From positions 1,888,001-1,952,000 of the forward strand of contig CAXXUK010000001.1 in assembly GCA_963665125.2 (NCBI GenBank): a DNA stretch of 64,000 nucleotides, in the 5' to 3' direction. Position numbers and translations under genes: made by a program. The notes beneath the pieces are model-generated. The model saw only the letters and a list, made by a program, of their open reading frames with translations. It did not search any database and was not told the DNA's origin. Below are positions 9,720-18,509 of the stretch, piece by piece. This DNA is from an uncultured Desulfarculus sp. (lineage in GTDB: Bacteria > Desulfobacterota > Desulfarculia > Desulfarculales > Desulfarculaceae). Positions within the stretch are counted from its first letter, which is position 1. Each line of letters starts with the position of its first letter.

Positions 9720-10793
9720 TCATCTTCCGGCAGGAATCACCAGCCGCTGGCCGATGAATATTTTGTTGCCCTTGATTTTGTTGGCGCTGCGCAACGCGGC
9801 GATGCTGACACCGGAGCGTTTGGCTATGCCGGTGAGGGTGTCGCCCCGTTTGACCACGTAATTGCCATTTGGTGGCGGGGGATACTGCTTGCTGGCGGGC
9901 AGATGGCCGACCTTTGCCTCCAGGGCCTTGGCCATGCCCAGAGGGGTCATGATGATGTAGTTGCCCTTGGGCAGGGCATAGCGGTTGAACTGCGGGTTGA
10001 GTTCCTTGATGCGGCGAACGGTTGTCCCGGCCGCGTTGGCAATGGCCAACAGGTCCGTGGTCCGGCTCAGATAAACCGCGGCCGGTTCCGCTGGCACGGG
10101 CCCGTAGAGCCTCTCGGGCGGCAGGTCATAGCCGTATTGTTTGGGGTTTTGCATGATGATCTTGGCCGAAATGATGCGGAAGATATAGCGCATCGTCTCC
10201 CGGGGCAGATGCAGTTCATAATAATCGCGGCGGCCCTGTTCCTCGATGGCCTTGCGGACCCTTGCCTCCCCGCAGTTGTAGGCGGCCATGGCCAGGGTCC
10301 ATGAGCCGAACTCGTCATGCAGCCAGCGCAGATAGGCCAACGCCGCTGCGGTTGATTTGCCGAAGTTACGGCGTTCGTCGATCCAGCGGTCCACCCGCAG
10401 GCCGTATCGGCGGGCGGTAAAGGGCATGAACTGCCAGGCCCCCACGGCCCCGGCGGGCGAGCGGACGCCACGCAGCAAGGCGCTTTCGGCTACGGCCAGG
10501 TATTTCAGATCTTCGGGCATGCCAGCTTCCTTCAACTGGCGCGTGATATACGGGAAATACCTGGCTCCCCGTTTGAGCCACATCACCACCTGGGCCTGGT
10601 CGTTGACGTCGATTGTGAACTCCCGGTCCAGGGCCTCGGCAATACTCAGGTCATCCATGGGCACAGCTTCGCCGCACAAGGCGATTTCCTGCGGCGGAGC
10701 AGGCAGGTTGCGCATGGGTTGATCGGCCATGGCCCCGTAGCCCCAAAGGGCAATCATCAGCATAAAAACGGCGATCTTGGCGGCTTTTCTCAC
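9720..10793 (-). CDS. lytic murein transglycosylase (SLT, MltD-like) with LysM domain
   Basis: LAVAES, SPAGAVGAWQFM, AAYNCGE, ETMRY; C-terminal YVVKRGDTLTGIA LysM. Confidence 0.9.
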   Translation of the reverse strand: MRKAAKIAVFMLMIALWGYGAMADQPMRNLPAPPQEIALCGEAVPMDDLSIAEALDREFTIDVNDQAQVVMWLKRGARYFPYITRQLKEAGMPEDLKYLAVAESALLRGVRSPAGAVGAWQFMPFTARRYGLRVDRWIDERRNFGKSTAAALAYLRWLHDEFGSWTLAMAAYNCGEARVRKAIEEQGRRDYYELHLPRETMRYIFRIISAKIIMQNPKQYGYDLPPERLYGPVPAEPAAVYLSRTTDLLAIANAAGTTVRRIKELNPQFNRYALPKGNYIIMTPLGMAKALEAKVGHLPASKQYPPPPNGNYVVKRGDTLTGIAKRSGVSIAALRSANKIKGNKIFIGQRLVIPAGR

Positions 10794-11818
10794 GAATCAT
10801 CCTGGCGAAAGTGGTCATAGCCTTGCAGGCCGACATCGATTATTTCACCGTCGCGGCTTAATAAACTGACGCCCCGGCCCTTGTTTATGGTACCGATCCG
10901 CACGATTTTGGCCGTGGGATCGCTTTCGGCGGCAATTGACTGCAACAGGGCCACATCGCCGGGCTGGCAGGTGAACAGCAGTTCGAAGTCCTCGCCGCCC
11001 CGCAGGGCCCAATCCAGCACGTCGGCATCCATCCTGGCGGCCAATTCGGCCACCTGGGCGCTGACGGGCAACTTGGCCTCCTCGATCCTGGCCCCCACGT
11101 CGCTGGCCTGGCACAGGCGGGCCAGGTCGGTGGCCAGGCCGTCGGAGATGTCCATCATGGCCCCGATCTTGTCCGACTTGGCCAGGGCCCGGCCCAATTC
11201 CACCCTGGGGATGGGCCGCAGATGTGCCTCCACGGCCTCGGAAACCGAGGCCTCGCCCGGGTCCCCGCCGCCCAGCAGCCAGGCCAGTCCTGCCCCGCTG
11301 GCGCCCAGGGGACCGCTGACGCAGATGGCCTCTCCGGGACGGGCGGTCTTGCGCAGGGCCGGCTTCACCGGGTCGCAGACACCCATGATGCACAGGTTCA
11401 GGATCATCACCGGAGCGCCGACAGTGTCGCCGCCCACCAGGTTCAGGCCGTATTTTTGGCCCAGATCCATCATGCCCCGGATCAGGTCTTCCACCAATTG
11501 GCCTGTGGGCCTTGGCGGCAGGCCCAAGGACAAAAAGCCCCAGCGGGGGGCCGCGCCCATGGCGGCCAGGTCGCTGAGGTTGGCGGCCATGACCCTGCGG
11601 CCGATGTCATAGGGCGAAATGAACGACGGATCGAAATGCACGCCCTCGACCATCATGTCGGTGGTTACGGCCACGCGGCTGCCGCCGATGAGCAATACGG
11701 CCGCGTCGTCGCCGATGCCCACCGACGTATCGCGGCCCACGGCCCCGCCGGCCATTGAGGCAACAAGGCGCAAAATGTCCTCTTCGCTGAAATGAACCGG
11801 CGGGGTCGTCTGATCCAT
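10790..11818 (-). CDS. thiL: thiamine-monophosphate kinase
   Basis: GIGDDAA, NLSDLAAMGA, GGDT, MDISDGL, GGEDFELLFT, GYDHF. Confidence 0.95.
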   Translation of the reverse strand: MDQTTPPVHFSEEDILRLVASMAGGAVGRDTSVGIGDDAAVLLIGGSRVAVTTDMMVEGVHFDPSFISPYDIGRRVMAANLSDLAAMGAAPRWGFLSLGLPPRPTGQLVEDLIRGMMDLGQKYGLNLVGGDTVGAPVMILNLCIMGVCDPVKPALRKTARPGEAICVSGPLGASGAGLAWLLGGGDPGEASVSEAVEAHLRPIPRVELGRALAKSDKIGAMMDISDGLATDLARLCQASDVGARIEEAKLPVSAQVAELAARMDADVLDWALRGGEDFELLFTCQPGDVALLQSIAAESDPTAKIVRIGTINKGRGVSLLSRDGEIIDVGLQGYDHFRQDDS

Positions 11819-11825
11819 GACAGGC

Positions 11826-12287
11826 CTAGCGCTCGTCCGAGGCGTACATGTAGTTGATCAACGCCGGTTCATATTCGAACAGTTCGGCGTCATCAAAGAA
11901 ACGGGCCACCTCGGCCTGGGCCGTTTCAATGGAATCGCTGGCGTGAACCAGGTTGGCCTGCATGGACATGCTCATGTCGCCGCGGATGGTGCCGGGCTCG
12001 GCGTCGCGGGCGTTGGTCACTCCGCAGAGCTTGCGGCATACGGCCACGGCTTCCAGGCCCTCCAGACAAAGGGCCACCACCGGAGTGCGGCTCATGAATT
12101 CCCAGATCGTGGGGAAAAACGGCTTGTCCGCCAGGTGGCTGTAATGCTCGCGCAGCAGAGCTTCGTCCAGGGAAATCATCTTCATGCCGGCGACCTTCAG
12201 GCCCTTGGCCTCGAAGCGGCCCAAAATGCGCCCGGCCAGCCCGCGGGCGATGGCGTCGGGTTTTATCAAAATGAGAGTTCGTTCCAC
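11826..12287 (-). CDS. ndk: nucleoside-diphosphate kinase
   Basis: MERTLILIKPDA, PGTIRGD, NLVHASDS. Confidence 0.97.
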   Translation of the reverse strand: MERTLILIKPDAIARGLAGRILGRFEAKGLKVAGMKMISLDEALLREHYSHLADKPFFPTIWEFMSRTPVVALCLEGLEAVAVCRKLCGVTNARDAEPGTIRGDMSMSMQANLVHASDSIETAQAEVARFFDDAELFEYEPALINYMYASDER

Positions 12288-12489
12288 AGTTGTTTTCCTT
12301 TGCGGTTGTTTACTTGATAAACGCCTGTATTACTTAACAGATTACAAGTTGTTGATTAGACTGTGCGGCCCAAGTCCGCTGGCGGACTCCCCTCCGCGGC
12401 GCCTGTTCCATTGGCCTAATTAGGTCAGACAGCGGCGTCAATGTCAAGACGGCTCGTTGACACGGGCCCCCGGGCGTGATAGCAATCAG

Positions 12490-12660
12490 ACCCATACAAT
12501 CGGTGTATGCGTACAGGAAGGGAAGACGGTGCGATTCCGTCGCGGTCCCGCCGCTGTAACCGGGGACAACAGGCCGCATGGCAGCCACTGCCGCGTTTAT
12601 GACGCCGTGGGAAGGCGCGGTCCAAGGATGATCCGGAAGCCAGAATACCAGCCTGTCCGC
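12490..12660 (+). promoter_or_regulatory. cobalamin (B12) riboswitch
   Basis: AAGGGAAGACGGTGCGATTCCGTCGCGGTCCCGCCGCTGTAA, GCCACTG, TGGGAAGGC, AGCCAGAATACCAGCC (B12 box); TTGACA at 12457; upstream of btuFCD; boundaries approximate. Confidence 0.92.
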
Positions 12661-12737
12661 ACAGCCGCAATCGCCCGCGAGGTTTCGGGGTCGGCGGTCA
12701 CGCGCAATTAGCCTGCACGGAAAAAAAGCGCGGTCCT

Positions 12738-12768
12738 CCGGACTCCCAATTATGGGTCCGGTTTTTTT
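12738..12768 (+). terminator. riboswitch expression-platform terminator
   Basis: CCGGACTCCCA-ATTA-TGGGTCCGG followed by T7, just before the btuF RBS. Confidence 0.75.
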
Positions 12769-12787
12769 ATTGAGGCGTCCATCAACA

Positions 12788-13687
12788 ATGAAACGGCTTG
12801 GTTACATCATTTTTGCCTGTCTGCTGGCCGCAGCCATGGGCGCATCAACCGCCCGCGCCGCCCAATACACCGATGAAATGGGGCGCGCCATCGACCTGCC
12901 CAAGACACCCCAGCGCCTCATCGGACTGACCCCGGCCCTGACCGAAACGATCTACGCCCTTGGTTTGGGCGACAAGGCCGTGGGGGCCACGACATGGGCC
13001 GACTATCCCCCGGCCGCCCAAAACCTGCCCAGGGTCGGTTCGTACGTGGCGCCCAACCTGGAGCGCATCATCGAGCTGGCCCCGGACCTGATCCTGGCCA
13101 GCCGGGAAGGCAACCCGCCCGACGTGGTGGATTCGCTGACCAGGATGGGCTTAAAGGTGTACGTCATCGCTCCCAACGACCCGCTTAACCTGCCGGTGAC
13201 CATGGCCAAACTGGGCCAGGTGTGCGGAGCTCCGGAAGCCGGCCGGGCCCTGGCCGATGAGATTCAGAAGCAGTTTGCCAAGGTCATCCGTACGGTGGCC
13301 GGTGCGCCTAAACCGGCGACCTTGATGGTCGTTGGCAGCCAGCCATTGATCACCGCCGGGGAAGGATCGCTGACCAACGCCCTTCTGGTCATGGCCGGGG
13401 GCGCCAATATAGCCAATGGCGTGCCCGGACGCTGGCCCAAGCTGAGCCTGGAAAAAGTGGTCCAGGAGCAGCCCGAGCTGGTGATACTGTCCACCATGGA
13501 GCGGGGCATGGAACGTGACAAGGTCCTGGAGTACTGGCGCAACATGCCCGGCCTCAAGGACCGGCCGGATTTCCGGGTCGCCTACATCGAGTCTTCCATC
13601 GTAGACCGTCCCGGCCCGCGCCTTGGCCAGGGTCTGCTGGAATTGGCCCGCCTGATCCACCCCGAACTATTCGGCGGCGACAGATGA
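12788..13687 (+). CDS. btuF: cobalamin ABC transporter substrate-binding protein
   Basis: TDEMGR, PNLERIIELAPDLI, DRPGPRL; B12 riboswitch upstream. Confidence 0.85.
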   Translation: MKRLGYIIFACLLAAAMGASTARAAQYTDEMGRAIDLPKTPQRLIGLTPALTETIYALGLGDKAVGATTWADYPPAAQNLPRVGSYVAPNLERIIELAPDLILASREGNPPDVVDSLTRMGLKVYVIAPNDPLNLPVTMAKLGQVCGAPEAGRALADEIQKQFAKVIRTVAGAPKPATLMVVGSQPLITAGEGSLTNALLVMAGGANIANGVPGRWPKLSLEKVVQEQPELVILSTMERGMERDKVLEYWRNMPGLKDRPDFRVAYIESSIVDRPGPRLGQGLLELARLIHPELFGGDR

Positions 13688-14688
13688 GGGCGACCAAGTC
13701 AAACCTGGGCCTGCTCTGCCTGGGCCTGGCCGTCCTGGCCCTGGCGGCCATCGTGGCGGGCCTGATGGTGGGAACGGCCCACGTGCCTCTTTCGAGCATC
13801 TGGGCTTGGTGCATCGGCGACGACATCAAGGTCTCCGAAGCCGTGATCGTGGGTCAGTTGCGCCTGCCGCGCCTGCTGCTGGCCTCCCTGGCCGGGGCCT
13901 CGCTGAGCCTGTCGGGCGTGGTGTTTCAGGGCATCCTGCGCAACCCCCTGGCCGAGCCGTTCATCCTGGGCGTATCGGGCGGGGCCGCCACCGGGGCGGT
14001 GCTGGCCCTGACCCTGGGTCTGAGCAGCATCTGGGGCATCTCCCTGCCCGCCTTTGTCGGCGCCCTGGCCACCATGGTCATGGTCCTGGCCATAGCCAAC
14101 CGCAGGGGCGGCATGAACACGGCGTCCATCGTGCTCACCGGCGTTATGATCAATGCGTTTTTCACCGCGGTGATCATGTTCATCATCTCCACCACCACGG
14201 ACCAGAAGCTGCATTCCATATTGTTTTGGCTCTATGGCGACCTGGCCGGGGCCACCATGACCCAGGCCGCCCTGCTGGCGCCGGTGCTGGCCGTGGCCGG
14301 GGCCGTATTATGGCGTTTCGCCCGGCACCTGAACCTCCTGAACGCCGGTGACATCGCCGCCGCATCCCTTGGCGTTGAAGTCCGGCGCACCAAGTTCATC
14401 CTGCTGAGCACCGCCAGCCTGCTTGTGGGCGTGGCCGTCAGTCTGACCGGCCTCATCGGCTTCGTGGGACTGATGGCCCCGCACTTGCTGCGCATGGCCA
14501 TAGGCCATGACCACCGTTTGCTGCTGCCCGGCTCGGTGCTGTTCGGTGCGGCGTTTTTATGCCTTGCCGACACCGTTGCCCGCACCGTCATCAGCCCTTC
14601 GTCGCTGCCCGTGGGCGTGGTCACGGCCATGCTGGGCGCTCCGTTCTTCCTGATGCTCATGGCCAAAAGGGGCAGCCGGTGGTTTTAG
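13684..14688 (+). CDS. btuC: FecCD/BtuC-family permease
   Basis: LRLPR, QGILRNPLAEPFILGVSGGA, GLIGFVGLMAPH, LPVGVVTAMLGAPFF. Confidence 0.85.
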   Translation: MRATKSNLGLLCLGLAVLALAAIVAGLMVGTAHVPLSSIWAWCIGDDIKVSEAVIVGQLRLPRLLLASLAGASLSLSGVVFQGILRNPLAEPFILGVSGGAATGAVLALTLGLSSIWGISLPAFVGALATMVMVLAIANRRGGMNTASIVLTGVMINAFFTAVIMFIISTTTDQKLHSILFWLYGDLAGATMTQAALLAPVLAVAGAVLWRFARHLNLLNAGDIAAASLGVEVRRTKFILLSTASLLVGVAVSLTGLIGFVGLMAPHLLRMAIGHDHRLLLPGSVLFGAAFLCLADTVARTVISPSSLPVGVVTAMLGAPFFLMLMAKRGSRWF

Positions 14689-15512
14689 ACAAACGAAATC
14701 AAGCCATCCTGGAGGGCCGGGACCTGGAATACGCCTATGGCAGCACCCGTGTGCTGACGGGAGTGGTTGTCAGCCTTGAGCGGGGTGAAATCCTGGGCAT
14801 TCTTGGCCCCAACGGCTCGGGCAAATCAACGCTTTTAGGGCTTCTTTCGGGTTTGATATCTCCGGCAAAGGGCCAAGTTCTGTTGGAAGGCAAACCCATT
14901 GCCTCCTTGTCCCGGACCCAAATCGCCCGAACCATGGGTCTGGTTCCCCAAACGCCGGAGGTCTCACCGGGCCTGAGCGTAATCGAAACCGTTTTGGCCG
15001 GCCGTTTCAACCTCATGGGCGGACGCCAGTTTGAGAACAAGGCCGACGAGCAGGCCGCTGCGGACGCCCTGAAGATGACCGGGCTGACGGCCTTGGCCCA
15101 ACGCTCGGCCGGGGCCCTTTCCGGCGGAGAGGCCCAGCGTCTGGCCCTGGCCAGGGCCATGGCCGCCGAACCTCGGCTCCTGCTCCTGGATGAGCCCACC
15201 AGCGCTCTGGATCTGGATCACCAGATGGGCGTGATGTCCATGTTGGAAAGGCGCGCCATTGCCAGCGAACTGGCGGTGTGCATCGTCAGCCACGACCTGA
15301 ACCTGGCCTCTTTGTTTTGCCACAAACTTCTGTTGCTGCACGAGGGCAAGGCTCTGGCCTGGGGCTCTCCCGAAGAGGTGTTGCGGCCGGAGCTGTTGCA
15401 CAAGGCCTACGGCGTAAAGACCCATGTGGACAATGAACCGAGCCGGGGCCGTCCCAGGGTGACGACATTGGCTCCTCCCCTGCCTGACCAGACCGTCACG
15501 AAAGTCGGGTAA
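14679..15512 (+). CDS. btuD: cobalamin ABC transporter ATP-binding protein
   Basis: GPNGSGKST, LSGGEAQR, LLLDEPTSALD, SHDLN; GTG start overlapping the btuC end (start uncertain). Confidence 0.85.
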   Translation: MVLDKRNQAILEGRDLEYAYGSTRVLTGVVVSLERGEILGILGPNGSGKSTLLGLLSGLISPAKGQVLLEGKPIASLSRTQIARTMGLVPQTPEVSPGLSVIETVLAGRFNLMGGRQFENKADEQAAADALKMTGLTALAQRSAGALSGGEAQRLALARAMAAEPRLLLLDEPTSALDLDHQMGVMSMLERRAIASELAVCIVSHDLNLASLFCHKLLLLHEGKALAWGSPEEVLRPELLHKAYGVKTHVDNEPSRGRPRVTTLAPPLPDQTVTKVG

Positions 15513-15667
15513 ATATTTGATTTAGACGGCTTGCCCATTGTGTTAAACTGCCACTAATTTGAAATCAGGGGCAAATCGTTATTGCTAACGAATCGCCCGG
15601 GCCACCTGCCCGGCCCCGGTTTCGCCCCAACTAGTTAAAAACCAATTTGTAAACTCATGGGGTACCG

Positions 15668-17191
15668 ATGCGCTCCAAGGCTGACCGAAAAAAGACGCCA
15701 TGGCTGTGGCTCGCACTAACGGCCATAATCATGACCCTGATGCTGCCTGGTTGTATAACCGTAGGGCCTGATTATGAAAAGCCTGATTCGGACATGCCCA
15801 AGAAATGGGACCTGCCCGAAGACCCGGCCGTAAAACCCGATGCGGGCAATATCCAGAAATGGTGGTCGGTATTCCAGGACCCCATCCTTGACGGTCTCAT
15901 CAAAACCGCGGGGGAAAACAACCTGGACCTGCGCAACGCCTATGCCAGGGTCAGGCAGGCCCGGGCCCAGATCGGCGTGGCCAGGGGTGAACTGCTGCCC
16001 TCCCTTGACGCCAGCGGCAGCTACTCCCAGTCAAAGACCAGTGAATACGACGCCGTACCCGGCGGACCGGTAATCGACAATACCCAGATCGGCGCCAATG
16101 CCAGTTGGGAAATCGATTTCTGGGGCCGTATCCGCCGCTCGGTGGAATCGGCCACGGCCGATTGGCAGGCCTCCGAAGAAGACCGCGTCGATATCATGAT
16201 CACCCTCTATTCCGAAGTGGCCCAGACCTATTTTGATCTGCGCAGCGCCCAGGCCCGGTTGGCCGCAGCCTATGAAAACATCATCAGCCAAAAGGAAGTG
16301 CTCAAGCTGACCGAATCGCGCTTCCGCAACGGCCTGGCCACCGACCTCGACGTTTCCCAGGCTGAAACGGTTTTGGCCAGCACCGAAGCCGAGGTCCCTC
16401 CCTTGAAGATCAGCCAGGAGCAGGCTCTCAACACTATTGACCTGCTGCTTGGAAATCAGCCCGGCCGATCCAGGGACCTTTTGGAGCCGATCAAGGCACT
16501 ACCCCATCCGCCCACCGAGGTGGCCGTGGGCATGCCGGCCAATATTCTGCGGCAAAGGCCCGATATCCGTAAAGCCGAACGCCAGCTTGCCTCGGCCACG
16601 GCCCAGATCGGCGTGGCCAAGGCCGACCTGTATCCCAGCTTTTCCATCTTCGGCAACATCGGCTATTCAGCGGCCGCCGGAGGTAACCTGTTCAAATCCG
16701 GCAGCGACTTTTACAGTTGGGGCCCCCAGTTCCAGTGGAAGATATTTGAGGGCGGTCGCATCAAAGCCCAAATCGAGGTTGCCGGTTACCAGGCCGAGCA
16801 GGCGCTGTTGACCTATCAGCAGACCGTGCTAGGCGCCCTTGGCGAAGTGCAAAACACCATCGTTTCCTATGTGCAACAAAGAAACAGGGTCGCCGCCCTG
16901 GACCGCACGGTGAGATCATCCCGGCGGACCCTGGAGCTGGCCATCCGGCTCTACAAGGACGGCCTGCAGGACTTCCAGCCTGTCCTGGACGCTCAGCGCA
17001 CTCTGTTCCAGTATGAAGATCAACTGGCCCAGGCCAGAGGGAACGCTGCCAGCAACCTGGTGCTTTTGTACAAGGCGCTGGGCGGCGGCTGGGATATCGC
17101 GGCAGATGAGCAAAGCCGGCTGCAGGAGCACCAGGATGTAGACGCCGCCAAGGCGCCCGCATCAGCGAAAAACGAGGAAGAAGAGAAGTAA
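15668..17191 (+). CDS. RND efflux outer-membrane factor lipoprotein (NodT/OprM family)
   Basis: Lipobox LPGC, VGPDY, WEIDFWGRIRR, LRQRPDIRKAE, LYKALGGGW. Confidence 0.92.
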   Translation: MRSKADRKKTPWLWLALTAIIMTLMLPGCITVGPDYEKPDSDMPKKWDLPEDPAVKPDAGNIQKWWSVFQDPILDGLIKTAGENNLDLRNAYARVRQARAQIGVARGELLPSLDASGSYSQSKTSEYDAVPGGPVIDNTQIGANASWEIDFWGRIRRSVESATADWQASEEDRVDIMITLYSEVAQTYFDLRSAQARLAAAYENIISQKEVLKLTESRFRNGLATDLDVSQAETVLASTEAEVPPLKISQEQALNTIDLLLGNQPGRSRDLLEPIKALPHPPTEVAVGMPANILRQRPDIRKAERQLASATAQIGVAKADLYPSFSIFGNIGYSAAAGGNLFKSGSDFYSWGPQFQWKIFEGGRIKAQIEVAGYQAEQALLTYQQTVLGALGEVQNTIVSYVQQRNRVAALDRTVRSSRRTLELAIRLYKDGLQDFQPVLDAQRTLFQYEDQLAQARGNAASNLVLLYKALGGGWDIAADEQSRLQEHQDVDAAKAPASAKNEEEEK

Positions 17192-17206
17192 CTACACGCC
17201 TGGACC

Positions 17207-18496
17207 ATGGCGGGGAATGGACTTATGAAATTGAGACTCGGGCTTTTGAACGGTTTCAGATACGCGGCATGGGCGGCCATGGTTGCCGCCACGGTGGTTT
17301 TGGGCGGTTGCAAACAGGCCGAATACAAGGCTCCGCCGCCTCCGGTGGTCACCGTGGACAAACCCACGGTAAAGGAAGTGACCATCTACGCCGACTATAC
17401 TGGCTTTACCCAGGCCTATGCCTCGGTGGACCTGCGGGCCAGGGTCGAAGGCTTCCTGGATGGGATGCATTTCACGCCGGGCGACAGGGTGGAGCCGGGC
17501 AAGTTGCTGTTCACCATCGACCCAAAGCCCTTTGAGGCCTCCAGAGACCAGGCCGCCGGCGTACTGGCCCAAAGGATCGCCGAGTTGCAGCTCGCCGACG
17601 CCACACTGGTCCGCAAGGAAAGGGCCTACAAAGACCGGGCCGTCAGCGAGGTCGAGGTTATCGAGGCCAAGGCCAACAAGGCAGAGGCCGAGGCGGCCAT
17701 CAAATCCGCCAGGGCCGACCTGGAATCAGCCAAAATCAATCTAAGCTACACCAAGATCAACTCGCCCATCGAAGGGCGGGTGACCCGCAACCTGGTGGAC
17801 ACCGGCAACCTGGTAGGCGCCGGTGAAAAGACCCTGCTGGCCAACGTTGTCGACGACGACCCCATATACGTCTACTTCAACGTGTCTGCCAACGACCTGC
17901 TGTTTTACCAAAAAGAGACCCGCGAAAGCCCGGATTGGTCCAAAAAGCAGGATGACCCCACGGCCTACATGGCCTTGGCCAATGAAGAGGGATACCCCCA
18001 TAAGGGCGCCCTGGATTACATGGACAACAAGATCGACCAGGCCACCGGCACCATTCAGGTCCGCGGCAACTTCCCCAACGCCGACCACAGAATACTTCCG
18101 GGTCTGTTTGTCCGAATCCGCCTTCCCCTGGTCAACAAGAAAGACGCGGTTCTGGTGCCCGACACGGCTATTGGCACGGACTTGGGCGGCAAGTATGTCC
18201 TGGTGGTCGGTGACAAGAACATAGCCGAATACCGCAAGATTGAAGCCGGTCCGCTCTATGGCGCGGAGAGGCTTATCACCAGCGGCCTCAAAGCCGGAGA
18301 GACCATCATCATCAACGGAATGCAGATGGTCCGCCCCGGCGCGCCGGTCACCCCGATGACCAAAGAGCAAATGCAACAGGCCGAAGCCCAGGCCCAAGCC
18401 AAGGCCGAGGAGGCCAAGGGCCATAACGGCCAGGCCAAACCCGCCGGTGAGGCGACCGGAGACAAGGACAAGACGGCGGACAAGGCCGGGAAGTAA
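17207..18496 (+). CDS. RND efflux periplasmic adaptor (MFP)
   Basis: Lipobox VLGGC, VDLRARVEG, INLSYTKINSPIEG, PGLFVRIRL; ATG 17225 is an alternative start. Confidence 0.92.
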   Translation: MAGNGLMKLRLGLLNGFRYAAWAAMVAATVVLGGCKQAEYKAPPPPVVTVDKPTVKEVTIYADYTGFTQAYASVDLRARVEGFLDGMHFTPGDRVEPGKLLFTIDPKPFEASRDQAAGVLAQRIAELQLADATLVRKERAYKDRAVSEVEVIEAKANKAEAEAAIKSARADLESAKINLSYTKINSPIEGRVTRNLVDTGNLVGAGEKTLLANVVDDDPIYVYFNVSANDLLFYQKETRESPDWSKKQDDPTAYMALANEEGYPHKGALDYMDNKIDQATGTIQVRGNFPNADHRILPGLFVRIRLPLVNKKDAVLVPDTAIGTDLGGKYVLVVGDKNIAEYRKIEAGPLYGAERLITSGLKAGETIIINGMQMVRPGAPVTPMTKEQMQQAEAQAQAKAEEAKGHNGQAKPAGEATGDKDKTADKAGK

Positions 18497-18509
18497 GCGA
18501 GTCTAGAGC

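Noticed and set aside
15568..15628. c-di-GMP-I riboswitch suggested by GGGCAAA
   Set aside because: Lacks the GNRA tetraloop P2 and the GCAAAGC junction.
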